Assembly: GCF_963921235.1 (NCBI RefSeq) | Contig: NC_086097.1 | Span: forward strand, 230,890,001 to 230,954,000 | Source of the DNA: Mobula hypostoma | Taxonomy: Eukaryota | Reading direction: 5' to 3' | DNA length: 64,000 nt | Part shown: positions 60,709-64,000 of the stretch, one piece after another | Numbering within the stretch: position 1 is the stretch's first letter | Layout of the letters: the number at the start of each line of letters is the position of its first letter | Position numbers and translations under genes: made by a program | Notes under the pieces: generated by a model | Database searches by the model: none | Told to the model about the DNA's origin: nothing | Seen by the model: the letters and a program-made list of their open reading frames with translations, nothing else

Positions 60709-61409
60709 TTTTCAGTTGTATTTGCAGTTTGTTTTTTTTCCCCCACATTGGTTGTTTATCCACACCTATTGGGTGTGGTCTTTCATTTTATTTTATTATG
60801 CTTCTTGGATTTATTGAGTATGCAAGCAAAAGAACAAATCTCAGGGTTGTACATGGTGACACACATGTACTTTGATAATAAATTTTAACACCACGCAGCT
60901 TGCCAGTGGAAGAGGAGAAAGCCATTTCCTGTTCTGAACTTGTCAGGCATGTCTGTGCTGGAAACAGTGGGATATGCCTGTCCTGGGGCCTGGAATTTCA
61001 TTTATTAATTCTTTTTGTGCATGATAATTGTTTCTGAGGTATAAATAGCAACTTGTATATTCATATCAGCTCAAAGTAGCTTCAAGGTACAACATTAGAT
61101 AGTTTAAAATCACCCAAACCAGTTTACAATCCAACACACAGTTCAATCACAAGAGGGTGCCACAGTAGTGGTTAGTGCAGTGCTATTACAGTTTGGAGCG
61201 TCGGGGTTCAATCCCAGTGTCCTCTGTAAGGAGTTCGTGGAATGCATGCCCCATGATTAGACTAGGGTTATAAGACCATAAGACCACAAGACATAGGAGC
61301 AGAATTAGGCCATTCAGCCCATTGAGTCCGTTCAGCCATTCCATCATGGCTGATCCCGGATCCACTCAACCCCATACACCTGCCCTCTCCTTTAATGCCT
61401 TCACAATCA

Positions 61410-61978
61410 GGTGTTTAAGACGTTGGTGAGGCCTAATTTGGAGTGTTGTGTGCAGTTTTGATCACCTACCTACAGGAAAGATGTGAATAAGGTTGAACAA
61501 GTACAGAGAAAATTGACTAGGATGTTGCTGGGACTGGAGGACCTGAGTTATAAGGAAATATTGAGTAGATTAGGACTGTATTCCTTGGAACACAGAAGAT
61601 TGAGGGGAGATTTGATAAAGGTATACATAATTATGAGGGGTATAGATAGGTTAAATGCAATCTTTTTCCAGAGGTTGGGTGAGACTGCAACCAGAGGTCA
61701 TGGGTTAAGAGTGAAAGGTGAAAAGTTTGAGGGGAACATGAGGGGAAACTTCTTCACTCAGAGGGTTGTGAGAGTGTGGAACAAGTTGCCCGCGCAAGTG
61801 GCGCATGCAGGCTCCATTTCAAGGTTTAAAAGAAGTTTGGATAGGTACATGGATGGTAGGGGTATGGAGGGATATGTTCCTGGTCCAGGTGAATGGGAGT
61901 AGGCAGTTTAAAATGGTTCAGCATGGATTAGATGGGCAAAGGGCCAATTTCTGTGCTGTACTTCTCTATGACTCTATA
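61410..61978 (+). mobile_element. CR1 3' fragment
   Basis: ORF 61483-61902 (RRLRGDLI...FFTQRVVRVWNKLP) and ctctatgactcta tail. Confidence 0.9.
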
Positions 61979-61997
61979 AATCTCATATGGATGTATG

Positions 61998-63962
61998 TAT
62001 ATGAAAGTAGATACAGGACCGATAGAAAATGATGCTGGAGAAATTGTAATGGGAGATAAGGAGATGGTGGAGGAACTGAATGAGTATTTTGCATCAGTCT
62101 TCACTGAGGAAGACATCAGCAGTATACCGGACACTCAAGGGTGTCAGGGAAGAGAAGTGTGCGCAGTAACAATTACGACAGAGGAAGTACTCAGGAAGCT
62201 GAATAGTCTAAGGGTAGATAAATCTCCTGGACCAAATGGAATGCACCTTCGTGTTCTGAAGGAAGTAGCTGTGGAGATTGAGGAGGCATTAGCAATGGTC
62301 TTTCAAAAGTCGATAGATTCTGGCATGGTTCCAGAGGACTGGAAGATTGCAAATGTCACTCAGCTATTTAAGAAGGGGGCAAGGAAGCAAAAGCAAATTA
62401 TAGACCTGTTAGCTTGACATCGGTGGTTGGGAAGTTGTTGGAGTCGATTGTCAAGGATGAGGTTACAGAGTACCTGGAGGCATATGACAAGATAGGCAGA
62501 ACTCAGCATGGTTTCCTTAAAGGAAAATCCTGCCTGACAAACCTATTGCAATTTTTGAGGAAATTACAAGTAGGCTAGACAGGGGAGATGCAGTGGATGT
62601 GGTGTATTTGGATTTTCAGAAGGCCTCTGACAAGGTGCCACACATGAGGCTGCTAAACAAGATAAGATCCCATGGAATTACAGGAAAGTTACATACGTGG
62701 ATAGAGCGTTGGCTGATTGGCAGGAAACAGAGAGTGGGAATTAAGGGATCCCATTCTGGTTGGCTGCCAGTCACCAGTGGTGTTCCACAGGGGTCCGTGT
62801 TGGGGCTGTTTCTTTTTACGTTGTACATCAATGATTTGGATTATGGAATAGATGGCTTTGTGGCTAAGTTTGCTGATGATACAAAGATAGGTGGAGGGGC
62901 CAGTAGTGCTGAGGAAACGGAGAGTCTGCAGAGGGACTTGGATAGATTGGAAGAATGGGCAAAGAAGTGGCAAATGAAATATAATGTTGGAAAGTGTATG
63001 ATTATGCACTTTGAAATAAATGGGCAGACTATTATTTAAATGGGGAGAGAATTCAAAGTTCTGAGGTGCAACGGGACTTGGGAGTCCTCATGCAGGATAC
63101 CCTTAAGGTTAACCCCCAGGCTGAGTGAGTGGTGAAGAAGGCAAATGCAATGTTGGCATTCATTTCTAGAGGAATAGAGTATAGGAGCAAGGATGTGATG
63201 TTGAGGCTCTATAGGGTACTGGTAAGACCGCACTTGGAGTACTGTGTGCAGTTTTGGGCTCCTTATTTAGGAAAGGATGTGCTGATGTTGGAGAGGGTTC
63301 AGAGAAGATTCACTAGAATGATTCCGGGAATGAGAGGGTTAACATATGAAGAACGTTTGACCGCTCTTGGACTGTACTCTTTGGAGTTTCGAAATGTTTC
63401 TATGAGGTCCCCCCTCATTCTTCTAAACTCCAAGAGCAGTTAAACGTTCTTCAAATGTTAACCCTCTCATTCCCAGAATCATTCTAGTGAATCTTCCCTG
63501 AACCCTCTCCAACATCAGCACATCCTTTCTTAAATAAGGAGCCCAAAACTGCACACAGTACTCCAAGTGAGGTCTTAGCATTTGAAATGTTTCTATGAGG
63601 TCCCCCCTCATTCTTCTAATGTTGAAAGGCATGGATAGAGTGGATGTGGCAAAGTTGTTTCCCATGATGGGGGAGTCTAGTACGAGAGGGCATGACTTAA
63701 GGATTGAAGGGCGCCCATTCAGAACAGAGATGCAAAGAAATTTTTTTTAGCCAGAGGGTGGTGAATCTGTGCAATTTGTTGCCATGGGCGGCAGTGGAGG
63801 TCAAGTCATTGGGTGTATTTAAGGCAGAGATTGATAGGTATCTGAGTAGCCAGGGCATCAAAGGTTATGGAGAGAAGGCAGGGGAGTGGAACTAAATGGG
63901 AGAATGGCAGAGCAGACTCAATGGGCCGAATGGCCAACTTCTGCTCCTTTGTCTTATGGTCT
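61998..63962 (+). mobile_element. CR1 LINE RT region with internal inverted duplication
   Basis: ORFs 61995-62417, 62593-63039 (GVPQGSVLG, FADD) and 63129-63443. Inverted block at 63389-63618; tail ctgctcctttgtcttatggtct. Confidence 0.92.
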
Positions 63963-64000
63963 CAAAACTAAATTTTACCAATATTGTTTAAGAGGCTCCT

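Larger units (their letters stand above)
59431..60885 (+). mobile_element. Rex1/Babar LINE 3' fragment carrying two nested SINEs
   Basis: KFGDDTTIVG, NNNLSLNVSKTKEL, LTGCITVWYG, and tail tgtactttgataataaattt. Confidence 0.88.

Noticed and set aside
1..64000. Prokaryotic-style novel system (operon, defence locus, retron)
   Set aside because: All RT, nuclease and transposase frames belong to standard eukaryotic TE clades and are decayed; there is no operon structure.

Overview
Vertebrate nuclear DNA, intronic or intergenic and dominated by transposable elements. The repeat mix (many CR1 and Rex1/Babar LINE fragments, Penelope-like elements, RTE LINE and SINEs, a V-SINE) suggests a cartilaginous fish, probably a ray; this is inference from remembered family motifs, with no database search. 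I could not identify any host protein-coding exon, rRNA, true tRNA or CRISPR array, and nearly every long ORF in the track is a TE reading frame or its antisense shadow. The most interesting signals are: (1) minimal type-I hammerhead ribozyme motifs in Penelope-derived termini, including a 93-nt hammerhead-headed unit with the same two ends at two independent TSD-flanked sites, one of them folded back into a 73-bp hairpin; (2) a tRNA-headed SINE family whose 3' tail matches an RTE LINE in the same window; (3) a possible HDV-like ribozyme fold at the 5' end of an RTE-derived element; (4) multi-layer nested insertions with readable TSDs (Gypsy>Rex1>Harbinger; Tc1>hAT-like; CR1>Rex1); (5) a palindromic mariner MITE with two nested TIR pairs; (6) a complex inverted duplication inside a CR1. 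Boundaries not anchored by a TSD or TIR are approximate (about +/-20 bp).
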